The notes beneath the pieces are model-generated. The model saw nothing but the letters and a program-made list of their open reading frames with translations, was not told the DNA's origin and searched no databases. From the human T2T-CHM13v2.0 reference genome, Homo sapiens, in NCBI RefSeq assembly GCF_009914755.1, contig NC_060936.1: 64,000 nucleotides of DNA; one strand, given 5' to 3'. Both the position numbers and the translations under genes were made by a program. Shown one piece after another: positions 13,133-27,243 of the stretch. Every line of letters starts with the position of its first letter. The stretch's first letter is position 1.

Positions 13133-14094
13133 CTAAAGAAATTACAGTGAATTAGACAATCATTAAAATCTAGAAATAAATGATCATGATCAAAAGCTAT
13201 CTATCATGCAATTTAACTACAATTTTCAATTAATTTCTTTTCAGAATTTACATCCTTCCCCCTCAATGAATTAACTATGGCAAATACAAAGTAATTCTCA
13301 GAAAAAACTCAGAAAAAGAGGATCTTGAGTCATTGCCATAATAATGCAGTTTTAATTAATTCCTAATGACTCTAAGTCTTATGGTTTGGTGTGACACTGA
13401 TTAATTCTTGTTAATATGACTTGTAAGTGAAATTTTCACAGAAAAGCCCATAATTTTTCAATGTAAAATCGAAAACTGATGAATCACTTTGTATGTAAAA
13501 CTGATTTATTGCAGGAACTATCATCTTCAGGTTTCCATATAATATATAATCTCGGGCTAAATGTGTTCTAAGAATACACTGGAATCAAAGAAACTTGTTT
13601 TGTAATATTTCTGTTGCCTTGAAATTAAGGAGCTGAAAATTTTCAAAGGAAAATGACAATCTTTTAAGAACAAAACAAAGCAAAAAACATATTCCAAGGA
13701 GTCGGATCTATTTTTCTGAGCAGTAGAAAGCAGATACTCCAGTCATCAACAAGCTAAAACAGAAACACATTTTAATACAATGCAAAGAGTTGCATAAATT
13801 ATGTTAGTATGCCCTTCTAACTACATATTGACAACAACCTTTATTTTATTTAGACATTAAGCTCACAGACAGCAAGGATGGGTCTATAAACTGCACATAG
13901 CATAGCCCCACACAAACAGGTGAACGAACACTAAATACAACTCATGAAATCTAGTTAACCTTTACCTCACTTTCCAAGATGTTGAGCTTGAGAAGGACCT
14001 TCTTTTTACCTACAGGAGGTGGTAGTGACAGCTAATGTATAATCCCCCTTTATTTATTTAAGAACAAATCTGGTATTTCCTAACAATATCTAAT

Positions 14095-14298
14095 ACAGCT
14101 GTTTCTAATCCTGCCTCCGTAACGGAACCATCTGAAGGGCTTGTTTTTTAAAAATAGATTCCCCAGCTCACCCCAGTACTACTCAATCAGCATATGGAGA
14201 GATGGGCCCTGCTGATCTATATTCTTAATAAGTCCCCCATATGATTTTCATATCATTGCCTATCACCTGCCTGCAGACCAACATTTAAGAGCCATTAT
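14095..14298. mobile_element. MER5-like hAT MITE relic
   Basis: AACCATCTGAAGGGCTTG...AGATTCCCCAGCTCACCCCAG...ATTCTTAATAAGTCCCCC...ACATTTAAGAGCCA pattern. Confidence 0.55.
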
Positions 14299-15967
14299 CT
14301 AAAGAAAAGCTGAAAGATATAAGTCCAAAGAAATATCTCCACTGATATATATTATCAGAAACCTTATTAATAGAGGCAGAAACAATACTGGAATGTAAGA
14401 GAAAAACGCTGTTCCCCATTAGGAAATATGAACAATAATAATGTTAAATATGCTGAGCAACATTTTTAAGTACTTAGAAGTCTGTGTGGCGAGAAAAAAA
14501 GAGGTAAATTTTTTCAACATAAAAAAAGACAGTATCTATATTCAAGGAGCTTTTACTGGAAGTGAAACAACAACCAACTCTCAAGGATAGGTTCTATGAA
14601 TAGACATGCAATGGGAGTACAAAACTGAAAAGCATCAAAATCAAATTGAAAGGAGTTGTGTGTGTTTGGGAGGGAGAGAAAATGTGAAGAAGGTTACATT
14701 TGAAACATCTTTTCTATTGATTTTTATTTCATATATGTTTTAACTTTCATAAGTAATATGTTCACAAAGTTAAAAAAAAAAAGAATGAAAGGATACATAG
14801 GGACATCACTCTCTCACCGCTGACTTTTAGCCAACTAGCTTGCCCTACCTCAAAATAACCATACTATTAATTTTTATTGGATCCTTACACAATGATTTCA
14901 TGCATATATAAGCAAATACAATTTTAATTTTTTTTACAATAAATACAAATGATACATACTTGGATCCTTGATTTTGACATTTCATAATATACCCTAGTGT
15001 TCTTTCTATAACAGTATGTAAGGAGATTTCTCATTCTTGTTTTGTTTCAGAATATGCCAGTGAAAGCATATACCATAATTTATTAAAACATTCTCTTATT
15101 CCTATTATAAACAATGCTGCTAGCACGTATCTTACTTCCCATGTGAGTGGGAATATCTGTAAAAAAACAAATTCCTAGAGGTAGAATCAGGGAACTAAAG
15201 AATAACTGTTACTTTGATTGAATTTGCTCAATTGTCATTTCTACTAGTAAGAGTGCCTTTTCCTACACCCTGTCAACAGGATGTCAAATGTTTTGATCTT
15301 TGCCACTCGACAGATGTAAAAGTGTAACTCATTGTAGCTTTATTTGCACTTAATTATGAATGAAGTTGAGCACTTTTTTTCATATGCTTAAGGACCTTTA
15401 ACTGATTCAAAGGATAGAGCAGAATTTGCCTCCAAGTTGAAGAGATGGTGAATAAAAGCATCCAGACAGAAACAAGGGAAGGCATTAAGACATCATGACA
15501 GAACTTCAATAGATATATGTAACTGGCACAATTCATACTTTAGAGGCAATGGTGGTAGCTTAGCTTAAAAGGGAAGACAGTGTCTAGATAATGAAGAATC
15601 TATGTACTAAGTTAAGGAGTTTAAAATTTATCCTGATCCCCCCTAAGAACTAATAAAGGATTTTGGGAGCTTGGATAACCTAATTAAAAAGATCATTTGG
15701 AAGCCATCCAGAAACTATTTTGCAATATAACTCAGTACTCATATACATATTTACAGAAACAAGTGCTTTAAGAAACAATTCTTACCTTTATGTAATACTC
15801 TTTAATACTTTCTATTCTCAAAAAAAAAAATGCTGTTGGCAACTCACAAAAGTTTTGGATTAGAGAGAAACAGGTGGACAAGAAAACTAATAAAAAGGCA
15901 ACACTGCCATACTATTCTTAGGAAAAAGGCCTAAATTATTGAAGTTGAATAGAGATTGAAAAGAGGA

Positions 15968-16185
15968 GGCTGGGTGGTGATGGCTCAAGTCTGTAATCCC
16001 AACACTTTGGGAGGCTGAGGCAGGCAGATCACTTGAGCCCAGGAGTTCAAGACCAGCCTGGGAAACATGGTGGAACCTTGTCTCTACAAAAAATATGAAA
16101 ATTAAGTGGGCGTAGTGGCACATGCTTGTAGTCCCAGCTACTAGAGAGGCTGAGGTGGGAGGACTGCCTGAGCCTCTGTCACCCA
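15968..16185 (+). mobile_element. AluJ-like, 3'-truncated, no tail
   Basis: Left arm and half of the right arm, flanked by the direct repeat AAGAGGA(GG). Confidence 0.87.
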
Positions 16186-16999
16186 AGAGGAGGAAACTTG
16201 GGAAAGGTGACTCATATATTCTTTACTGCTTTTACTAATGAGTGGGAATAAGAAAGATTGATATTAGAAGCTCAAGTGAATTAGAAGCAATATATTAATA
16301 AAAGGTGCAGTAGATTTTGCTAAGTGCTGGTCTTCCTTTCACATACATATAAGAATAATTTTATATATTGAATAATACACAGAATAATTTTCTTCATATA
16401 GTTGCCAATATTTGCATTGCAGAAGTAAAAATATTATTGCAACATAAAGAAGCTTTGTTCCAAGCAAATTTGCTAAACAATATACAGCCCTGTAGAGTCA
16501 AAGTTGCTTATGGCTTAATATTTTATAGTGTGCTAATAGTACTAAGTTCCAGTGTTCATGTAGTAAAAAAGAAAACTGTATTTAAGATAAGTTACATGTA
16601 AATAAATATTCTGCAGGAATCAAGCTCTCAAAACTGATGGTATGTTCACAGGACATTGTTCTTAAGACTCACAAACCAGTTATCAATCTGGAACCTCAAA
16701 ATGACTCTCTGTAGTGATTTATTAGGCCAAAAGGTCACAGAGAATAGGTGACTGACACTTAAATTCAACTTACTGGAAAATCACAACTGATTAAAAAATA
16801 GTAATAATTAGAGAGTTGAAAGAATTTTAGAACAAAAGCAATCATATTCAAAGTAGTTTTTCTCTTTCTTCCTGAAAACAGGCATTAAAGAACTCTTTTA
16901 TGTTGCTTCAAAATAACGTTTGCAGGTATTTTAAGAAAAGGAACAATGAATAAAGAAGACAAACTAAAATAGAAAAACTCTGTAAAAAACAATACTTAC

Positions 17000-17159
17000 T
17001 TTAAAACTTCCGTATAGCCTTTAGCAGCTGCAACGTGAAGTGCTGTACCTCCAGATTTTGCATGCCGGACATCATTTATATGACCACTATTTAGCCACTG
17101 CCTGGCATCTCTAAGCATGATCCGTTCTTCTTCCTTTCGAGCTGCTTCTATATCAACCC
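17000..17159 (-). CDS. PPP1R12A: PPP1R12A coding exon 4 (160 nt; (G)VDIEAARKEEERIMLRDARQWLNSGHINDVRHAKSGGTALHVAAAKGYTEVL(K))
   Basis: Acceptor TTTTATCAG|GG, donor AAA|GTAAGT. Phase 1 to 2. Ankyrin GTALHVAA motif. Confidence 0.97.
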
Positions 17160-17791
17160 CTGATAAAATAAAAATAGTTCTTTTTATTTTTGCTTAAAAA
17201 TTGTTCCATGTTGGGAAATAAAACTATCCAAAACATGTCAAGTTTAAATAAAATTAAAAGTGAAAGTATGTCTTTTTAAAATGGGCTGCTTATAACAAGT
17301 TGGTTAAACTAAAAAATGTGGGGATATTGTAGACCTTGTATTAACTTTTTCTACTTATTACTTGGTTTTTGCTTCACAATACTATTTTGATCTTATTTTT
17401 CCTTTCTGATTATTCTTCTTGTTTTTTAAAAATTTGAACATTTCCTAAGGTATAAGCATCCTTTGGGCTAAATTTTTTTTTTAACAATTATAATGAATAA
17501 GTCTCAAATTTCTATCTACTGTTTTGATCTGTTCTATGAAATCTAGCCTAGCAGGTACAAATGTTTACTGAATGCTTCAACTTGGAGGTCCTGTCTTCAT
17601 CTAAAATATATCATACCTTAAAATAGATTATTTCTCTAGCAAACTCCCTTCATTTCCTTTTCCAACATAGTACACATTCTTCATACCATTAAAGTTATTT
17701 TCATAATTTTAGTAAGTTATATAAATGTTCATTCATTTAAAAGCACTTACTCTAAGCACTACCCTAGGTTGAGGTGATAAAAGTGGAAAGA

Positions 17792-17949
17792 GGCCAGGCG
17801 AGGTGGCTCACACCTATAATCCCAGCTACTTGGGAGGCTGATGTGGAAGGATCGCTTGAGCCAGGAGGTCAAGGCTGCAGCGAGCAATGATCATGCCACT
17901 GCATTACAGCCTGGGTGAGAGCAACACCCTGTCTCAAAAAACAAAAAAA
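17792..17949 (+). mobile_element. Alu monomer (FRAM/FLAM-like)
   Basis: Single arm with A tail. Confidence 0.85.
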
Positions 17950-18210
17950 GGGAAGAATACAAAAATGAATAGGACCCTCTAATTCCTACCTTCAAAGAGC
18001 TCAACACCTTGGAAAAAAAATTAAAGAAAGATACTCTTGAAATTCCTGAATGATTTCATCTGGTCTTATGGCTTTGACTACTTGCTATTTAATAAACAGC
18101 ACACACCGCAATGCATTTACAATCTGCCTTACTCCACAAGTCTATAGGCCTTTTTATCTTTTATCCCCACTGTCTGGTAGAATACCTGATACAAAGCAAA
18201 GGGAGATCAG

Positions 18211-18547
<337 letters not shown>

Positions 18548-18679
18548 TCAGTAAATGTTCACTAAATGAACAATGAATGAACAAATATAAAACAAGAACA
18601 CACACACACACATTTCCTCAGCTAAGATTCTCCTATAATCCATATCCATGTATACAACTGTTTGGACAAGATTTTTCAT

Positions 18680-19395
18680 TCATCCATCCATACATTTAAT
18701 ATATACTGAGCACCTACTATTTTGCCAGGTACATTGTTAGATGCTACAGGTATAGATGTGAACTTATTATATGGCAGAAGATGATTCATTTGTGAAGAAA
18801 AATAAAGCAAGGAAAGGAAACAGAAAGGGTAATGAGAAGGGATGTTATTTTAAATAGGTTGGTAAAAAATAGCTTCTTTGATGACATTACAAGAAATAAA
18901 GTGAGTGACAGCCATACTACTGGGAAAACATTCCAGGCAGAGGGAAGTACCAGTAGGCTCTGAAGTGGGAGCCTGCTAGGAATGTTCTGTTTAGAAGGAC
19001 AGGGTCTCTACAGAGTAGTAAGGACAATGAGCGTGGTGACACGATCTGACTTAAGAGGATCACTTAGGATGAAAAGTTGAGTAGATACTGAGATACCCAC
19101 TTGGAGGCTACTGCAATAATCTAGGCAAGCAATTATGGTAACTTGAACAAGGGTGGTAGCAGTGCAGACAGTAAAGTGGTTGAATTCTGGGTTTTTCAAG
19201 GCTTACCAAGAGAATTTGCTGTTAGTTTGGATACAGAAGAAAAAGAGAGGTCGAGAATCAATCAGAGGTTTTCAGTCTGAGCAATTGAAAAAATTAAAGC
19301 TTCAATTTCGGAAATGTGAAGTTTAAGATGCCTAACAAATATCTAGTCAGAGATATCAAGTAATCAGTTGCATATCTAAGCCTGTAGGAGAGAGA
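18680..19395. mobile_element. L2 LINE relic (opposite orientation to the 28880 copy)
   Basis: TTCATTCATCCATCC...TGAGCACCTACTATTTGCCAGG...CATTCCAGGCAGAGGGAA...GGAGGCTACTGCAATAATCTAGGC. Confidence 0.7.
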
Positions 19396-19577
19396 ACTAG
19401 GGAAATAATAAAATAATATGCCATGGGCATCTCAAACTCAATGCTAAAATCTTAACCAAATTTTTCCCCAACCATTCTATTTGCTGCCTGTCTTGTTTTC
19501 CTACACTAAGTGCCCTCAATTACCTAGCAACCTGAAAGTCATCTGAATTTCTCCCTTTACCTTACTCTCACCCCATC

Positions 19578-20132
19578 TGTGATTGTTAATTGTGTCAACT
19601 TAACTGGATTGAGAGATTCCTAGATGGCTGGTGAAGCACTGTCCCTGGGTGCAGTTGAGGGTGTTTCCAGAGGAAAGTGACATGGGAGTCAGTGGCCTGG
19701 GAGAGGAAGACCCATCGTCAATGTGCACAGGCACAATCCAATCACCTGGGAGAAATGGGCTGAAAAAGGAGGATTTGCTCTTTCTGCTTGCTCTCTCCCT
19801 TCAGGAGGAGGATACCTTTTTTCCTCCTGCTTTTGGATATCAGACTACAGGTTCTTCAACTTTTGGACTCTGGGACTTGCACCAGTGGCTCCTTGGGGAG
19901 CTGTCAGGCGTGACAGGCACTGCAGTGTCAGTTTCCCAGCTTCTAGGGCTTTGAACTTGGACTGAAACACGCTACTGGCTTTGAGCCAGCCAGATTACCA
20001 GCTTCTCTGGTTCTTCATTTTGCAGGTGACCTATTGTGGGACTTTGCAGTGATTCTGTGTCAGTTGCTCCTAATAAATCCCCTTCCGTATATCCTACAGG
20101 TTCTGTCTCTATGGAGAAGCCTGACTAATACA
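19578..20132 (+). mobile_element. MLT2 (ERVL) solo LTR inserted in an L2 relic
   Basis: TGTGATTGTTAATTGTGTCAACTT...CCTGACTAATACA. Perfect 5-bp TSD CCATC on both sides. Confidence 0.88.
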
Positions 20133-22207
20133 CCATCCTATTAGTTACCAGATTTGGAGTTGCCACTTCTAGACTGTCTTCTAAATGGCCCCTATCACTA
20201 TGCTAGTTCATAGCTTATGTCTCACACTTTGACTACTGCTACCAGCCCTTAACTCATTCCGTCTTTAGTCCCTTCTAATTCATCCCTCAATCTACTGCTG
20301 GACTGGAAAAAATAAAACATGATGTCATTGCTTTATATAAAATTTGTCAATGGCTGCTTCTGTAAGACAAAGCTCAAGCTCTTTAGTATACAAGAGAAAG
20401 CCTTTTATGACTTGGTCTCAGTGCATTTTTAACTTCATCTATAGTCTTTCTCCCTTACCATCATCTAGTGTTCTAACCATCTAGACCTCCACATAGGTCC
20501 CCAAGTACATCATGGTCTCTGCTGTCATGCCAGCTACTATCCTCTACCTGAATTGTATTTTTATTTTGCCTGCTTATTAGCACATTACCATTTTTTCCAA
20601 GACAACTAAACTGCTCATTACTCAACTGAAGCTCAGCTTTTAAAAAGCAGACAATAATTCAGAAATATTTTTAAAACTCCAAGATTACACATGTATAGAA
20701 AAAGTCATCTTCAAACTAGAGATTATAATATCTCATTACCGCATTTGAAGGAAACTTGAACAAGATTTTCCAAATAGACCTTATGAAAACAATAAATTGT
20801 ATAAACTATATATGGAATGAACACAACCTATTATGATTTTTATAAAAATCAAATGCCACCATTTCTATAGTAAAGCAGTTTTACTTGTATCAAAAATTTC
20901 CCACCAAAAGATAATCAGCCCATTTAAGATATGCCTAATGTTAGTAACCTTTCTATTAAGTGATTTATCTTAGATTTGCTTTTTTAATGTTACTCTCTTA
21001 CTGTCTTTTAAAACAGGTAGCTTTTTATTATTTTTATCCCTCCTTTCATTACAATCTTAAACGTTCTGATTTTTATTGTCTTTTACTATTCTGTTTCCTT
21101 TGAACTTCAAGTTAAAAAAAACCTACTTCTTTTATATTTATCTAATTTCATGCTATCTTTATCTAATGACAAAGCAATTACCCTCTTTAGCTTCCAAATC
21201 GTGCTCACATCTGATTCACATATAAAAACAATCCAAGTGTAAAGTTAACGTGAAGGGCAATTCCTTATGTTTAAGAAAATTAAATTAGAAAAGAAAAACC
21301 TTTCTCTTGTTCTTAAATTTTTAAAATACTACCGATTAGAGTATGTAGACCGTGCTTAGCTCATCAAAAACTTGAAGAAAAAAAAATCTAATTGTACTAT
21401 GTATTAGGAGACTTGCTTTCTAAGTTCAGTGCTTTGACTAACTAGCCAGTGATCCTGAGAAAGCCATAGCTTCTTTGGATATTAGTAAGATAGGTTAAGA
21501 AAACAGATACTGAACCGAGACTGGCTGGATTTGAATCTCTGATCCACCACTTACTAGCTGTACTCCCTCAGGGTAGACAATCTATGCTATGCTCTGGTTT
21601 CATTTGTAAGATGGGAGTGATGCCAATATCTATCCCATATGGTTGTTCTGAAAACTAAATTAATTAATACATATAAAGTGTTTTAGATCAGGGATAAACA
21701 CTAAGGTGTTAATTATCATTATCAGTTTGAAAAGTCTATGATTCTGCTTCTCTTTTCTTGATTTCTGTTTTAAAAGAAAAAAATCTTATAATGCATTTAA
21801 CTGGTCCTTAACCCACCTACTATAATTGCAAGGTTTTTAAACAATGAAAATAATATATAATAAAACTAAATTGGGTATAACAAAGTGATTAGACTAACAT
21901 CTGTCACTATGATTTAAGAGCAGTAAATATTAAAATATAATCAAATCTCTTAGATTAAAATAAATAAAATTAGATTGGAATTTAGTCAGCAACAGATTCA
22001 AAAATTAATGTGTCCCTAGATAAATAAAGAAAATAATTACAGCTACTGTTCAATTATTACTACTTTCAAAGGCAATTTATTTAAGCATAACTAGTTATTG
22101 ATCAAATGTACTGGAATAAGAAAAGCCAAAAGAATGATTAAAAAACTTAAAAATATTAAACAATAATTTTCATACCTAGATAATTTGAGAAATGTTACCA
22201 CTACTAA

Positions 22208-24563
22208 TGATATGGTTTGGCTGTGTTCTCACCCAAATCTCATCTTGAATTGTAGTTCCCATAATCCCTACATGTGGTGGGAAGGACCCAGTGGGAGGTA
22301 ACTAAATCATGGGGACGATTACCCCCATGCTACTGTTCTTGTGATAGTGAGTGAGTTCTCACAAGATCTTATGGTTTAAGAGGCTTTTTCCTCTTTGTTC
22401 AGCATGTCTCTCTCCAGCCGCCATGTGAAGAAGGACGTGTTTGCTTCTCCTTCCACTATGATTGTGCTTCCCCTTCCACTATGATTGTAAGTTTCCTGAG
22501 GACCCCCAGCCATGTGGAACTGTGAGTCAAACCTCTTTCCTTTATAAATTACCCACTCTCGGGTACTTTTTCATAGCAGCATGAGAATGGACTAATACAG
22601 TAATTTGGTATCGGGTAGTGGGGCACAGTTGTAAAGATACCCAAAAAATGTGGAAGCAATTTTGAAACTGGGTAACAGGCAGAGGCTGGAACAGTTTAGA
22701 GGGCTCAGAGGAAGACAGGAAGATGTAGGAAAGTTTGGAACTTCCTAGAGACTTACTGAATGGCTTTGACCAAAATGCTGATAGTGATATGGACAATGAA
22801 GTCTAGGCTGAGTTGGTCTCAGATGGAGATGAGAAACTTGTTGGGAACTAAAGCAAAGGTCACTCTTTTTATGCTTTGGCAAAGAGACCAGTGGCATTCT
22901 GCCCCTGCCCTAGAGATCTGTGGAACTCTGAACTTGAGGGAGGTAATTTAGGGTATCTGATGAAAGAAATTTCTAAGCAGCAAAGTGTTCAAAAGGAAGC
23001 AGAGCATAAAAGTATGAAAAATTTGCAGCCTGATAATGTGAAAGAAAACCCAATTTTCTGGGGAGAAATTAAAGCTGGCTGCAGAAATTTGCATAAGTAA
23101 CGAGTAACCAAATGTTAATTGCCAAGACAAAGGGGAAAAGGTCCCCAGGGCATGTCAAAGACTTTCAAGGCAGCCCTTCCCATCACAGGCCTGGAGGCCT
23201 GGGAGGGAAAAATGGTTTCATGGGCCGGGTCCAGGGCCCCCTTGCTGTGTGCAGCCTTGGGACTTGGTGCCCTGTGTCCCAGCTACTCCAGCCCTAGCTA
23301 AAAGGGGCCAATGTACAACTCAGGCCATCGCTTCAGAGGATGCAAGCCCCAAGCCTTTGTGGCTTCCATGTGGTGTTGGGACTATGGGTGTGCAGAAGTC
23401 AAGAACTGAGGTTTGGGAAGCTCTGCCTAGATTTCAGAGGGTGTATGGAAAGGCCTGGATGTCCAGGCAGAAGTCTGCTGCAGAGGTAGAGCCCTCATGG
23501 AGAACTTCTGCTAGGGCAGTGTGGAAGGGAAATGTGAGGTCAGAGACCCCACACAGAATCCCCACTGGGGTACTGCCTAGTGCAGCCATGAGAAGAGGGC
23601 CACCGTCTTCCAGACCCCAGAATGACAGATCCACTGACACCTTGCACTGTGTGCCTAGAAAAGACAGAGACACTCAACACTGGCCCATGAAAGAAGCCAG
23701 GAGTGGGGCTGTACCCTGCAAAGCTACAGAGGCAGAGCTGTCCAAGGCTGTGGGAGCCCACCTCTTACATCAGCATGACCTGGATGTGAGACATGAAGTC
23801 AAAGGACATCATTTTGGAACTTTAATGTTTAATAACAGCCCTATTGGATTTCACACTTCCATGGGGCTTATAGCCTCTTTGTTTTGGCCAATTTCTCCCA
23901 TCTGGAACAGGTATATTCACCCAATGCTTGTACCCTCACTGTGTCTAGGAAGTAATTAACTTGCTTTCAATTTTACAGGCTCACAGGCAGAAGGGACTTA
24001 CCTTGCCTCAGATGAGACTTTGGACTTGGACTTTTGGGTTAATGTTGGAATGAGTTAAGACTCTGGGGGACTGCTGGGAAGGTATGATTGTGTTATGAAA
24101 TGTGAGGACGTGAGATTTGGAAGGGGCCAGGAGTGGGATGATATGATTTGTCTGTTTCCCACCCAAATCTCATCTTGAATTGTAGTTCCCACAATCCCCA
24201 CAAGTCGTGGGAGGGACTCCGTGTGAGGTAACTGAATCATGGGGGCAGTTACCCCCAGTGCTGCTGTTCTTGTGATAGTGAGTGAGTTCCCACGAGATCT
24301 GACGGTTTTAAAAGGGTCTTTGCTTGGCACTTCTCTCTCCTGCCACCGTGTGAAGAAGGATATGTTTGCCTTCCCATCTGTCATGACTGCATGATTGTAA
24401 GTTTCCTGATGTGTTTGCTTTCTCTTCTGTCATGACTGCATGACTGTAAGTTTCCTGAGGCCTCCCCAGCCCTGTGGAACTATAAGTCAATTAAACCTCT
24501 TTCCTTTACAAATTACCCAGTCTTGGGTATTTCTTCATAGCATCATGAGAATGCACTAATACA
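22208..24563 (+). mobile_element. Complete THE1 (THE1C-like, ERVL-MaLR) element: LTR 22208-22599, internal 22600-24138, LTR 24139-24563
   Basis: Both LTRs run TGATATG...CTAATACA. A purine-rich tract precedes the 3' LTR. 5-bp TSD ACTAA/ACTAG. The 236-aa ORF 23249..23959 is typical THE1-internal sequence. Confidence 0.92.
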
Positions 24564-24734
24564 ACTAGAGATATATTTAGGGTGCTTTTTTATAATTATT
24601 AAAATCTGTTAGAGATGCCCCTATACTTTTGTTTCTTTGGAATTAAGATATGCTATATAAATTTATGCATTCCCATTATATGTATCAAATGAACATCATG
24701 AAGTATTTTCTAGGGAGACATTTTAAATAAAATG

Positions 24735-24990
24735 CAGTATGGTACAGTGGTACAGAATGTGGGCTCAAGATATCTGTCTTACTGTTTAGGACAGACCTAT
24801 AGCACTACCACTTCCTACCTGTATGATCTTGGGTAAATCACTAAGCCTCAATTTTCTCATCTGGAAATGGGGTAACAGTAGTATAAACCTCACAGAACTG
24901 CTATGAGGATGAAATGAAGAAATGCATGTGAAGCTCTTGGCTCAATGCCTGGCATATAATAAGCATTTAATAACAGTTAGCTATTGTCAT
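24735..24990 (+). mobile_element. MIR SINE relic (other MIR-like pieces near 1380-1570, 9660-9830, 21490-21720, 43070-43310, 56160-56350)
   Basis: MIR core TGTATGATCTTGGGTAAATCACTAAGCCTCAATTTTCTCATCTGGAAATGGG. Confidence 0.7.
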
Positions 24991-25746
24991 TACTACTATT
25001 ATCATTGTTAGCACTTAGCTTTTCGTCTCCAGGGTCATCTCATCTACTAGTTCCCAGAACTCCCCCTCCTTATGGTTCTCCTAGATTTACTTTTCACATC
25101 TTTACATATCCTAAGTTCTAACAATGCACCAACCACTGTCATCTAGATGTCCTTTAGTACTACAAACCCAATATATACTCATGAAGTCCCTCAGTCTGGT
25201 TCTGTCTTATCTCACACTTTCCTACATGAACTCATCTAATCATCACTTCTTCAACTGGAAACTTTAGTAAGTTAGGCTTAATTCTTCCTTCATATCTGCA
25301 TTCAATTCTTTACCAAACTGTTCTAATTTTACTTCAATATTTCCTCAAGACAGCCTTGTTCTTCATTTCAAATGTAACAGGTTTTGGCTCTTATCATCTT
25401 TCACCTGGACTAATTTGAGAATCTTCTTCAAGGAATGCGTGTCACCATATATCCTACATTCTATTTCATCCTCCAAGTTGCCATCAGCTTTATACTAAAA
25501 ACCAAATCCAATCAAATTAATTTATTGCTTGGAGATATTTGCTGCATCTATCCAATGTCTACAAAAATAGATATCCTTCACTATCTGGCTCTGACCTATC
25601 TTTTCAGGCCTCATCTCCTACAAATCCCGCCCTGACTTTGAATCTCAATTCCAGTCCCAATGAATGTGTCTGTCTTCCAGTCCACATATGCTATGTATGT
25701 CTCCAATTCCTTTTTATTTAAAAAAAAAAAAAAAAAAGAGAGAGAG

Positions 25747-25896
25747 AGAGAGACAAGGTCTCACTCTGTTGTCCAGGCTGGAGTGCAGTGATACAATCGT
25801 AGCTTACAGTAACCTTGTACTCCTGGCGTCAAGCAAGCCTCTCATCTCAGCCCCCCAAAGCAATGGAATTATAGGCAAGAGCCACTGTGCTTGGCC
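25747..25896 (-). mobile_element. FLAM/Alu monomer adjacent to A-run and (GA)n
   Basis: Single arm. TSD TCCAA(T/C)TCCTTTT. Confidence 0.82.
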
Positions 25897-26705
25897 TTCC
25901 AACTCCTTTTCTTTCACATTTTGATACCCCGCCTTTTCTGTCCACCAGTTCCTTTCTTTGCCAAGCCAACTCCCTCTAAATGTCATCACTCTGAAACCTT
26001 TCCTCACTACAGCTTTTTCTATTCTCTCACAACATTCTGTTCCTATATATTTTAATACATAGCACACTGTATTGTGAAGCTCTTCGTTTGACACTTCTGC
26101 TAGACTGTGAAATCCTTAAGAAGGATTGTCTTGCTTTTTTTATTGTTAACACCCAGCACATAGAACATTTGCTGGCACATTAATCAGTTCTAAATGAATC
26201 ATTAAAACTAAAATCAGCCCCGCTTACAGTTACGCTAGCAATTTCCCTTATACAGAAGGAAACCAAATGCAAGAAATTTTCAGTACAACTCCATGCCTTT
26301 TCTAGTTCATAACAACTGCTAATATCAGATAAAAAATAGGAGCCTTAAATGTTTACTTTAAAGAATTACCATTGTTTGACAGGAAACTGTTATCTGAGCA
26401 CTCATCACAGCAAAATGGGCAGGGAAGTTCTTGCTAGGTTGTGATGCTTTATACTTATTCTTTAGTTTACTCAATTCTAGAAGATCCTATGACTCTAAAA
26501 CACTTGTCTAGAACATGGCTGTTGAAAGCTCTTCTGTGTGTTTATTCAGGCTCCAGTTTATAACCACTTTTCTATTGCATTTCTTGTTTTTTTTAGGCTC
26601 TAGTTATATTTAATCACTTTTTATAACACCTCAATTCTATTTTAGGTATTTATTTTCTCAGTTTTCATGCTTAAGATAGTTTTTTTTTTAAACAAACCCA
26701 CAGTT

Positions 26706-26995
26706 GGCTAGATGTGGTCGCTCATGCCTGTAATATCAGAACTTTGGGAGGCCAAGATAGGTGGACTGCTTGAGTTCAAGAGTTCAAGATCAGCCTGACC
26801 AACACAGTAAAACTGCATCTCTACTTAAAATACAAAAATTAGCCAGGTGAGGTGGCATGCGCCTACAGTCCCAGCTCCTCAAGAGGCTAAGGTGGGAGGA
26901 TCGCTAGGGTCTGGGAGGTTGAGGCTATAGTGAGCCATGATTGTGTCACTGCACTCCAGTCTGTCTCAAAACAAACGAAAACAAAACAAAACAAA
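26706..26995 (+). mobile_element. AluJ-like
   Basis: Dimer with a small 3' deletion. TSD AAACAAACCC(A/G)CAGT. Confidence 0.88.
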
Positions 26996-27241
26996 CCCGC
27001 AGTCATTAGGAATTTTCCTAATCCCAAGGAATAAAAATCTCCTTTCATGGAATTTATTTACCTTCTATTCCTTTCTAATCCTTAGTTTCTATTTTCTGAT
27101 GAAGCACATTTCAGCAGGAGTTGGCCCTCTACATCAATATTTCATACCATTCCTCTATCATTTGACCTCAGTAAAACACAGCTCTAATAATACCTGTTTG
27201 ATCACTGCCTAATGGACTATAACAAAAATCACATGTGGCAC

Positions 27242-27243
<2 letters not shown>

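Noticed and set aside
23249-23959. 236-aa ORF, the longest non-L1 ORF in the track
   Set aside because: Lies wholly within THE1-internal sequence and starts at a non-ATG codon. Similar open frames are common in MaLR copies, and there is no sign of a domesticated gene.
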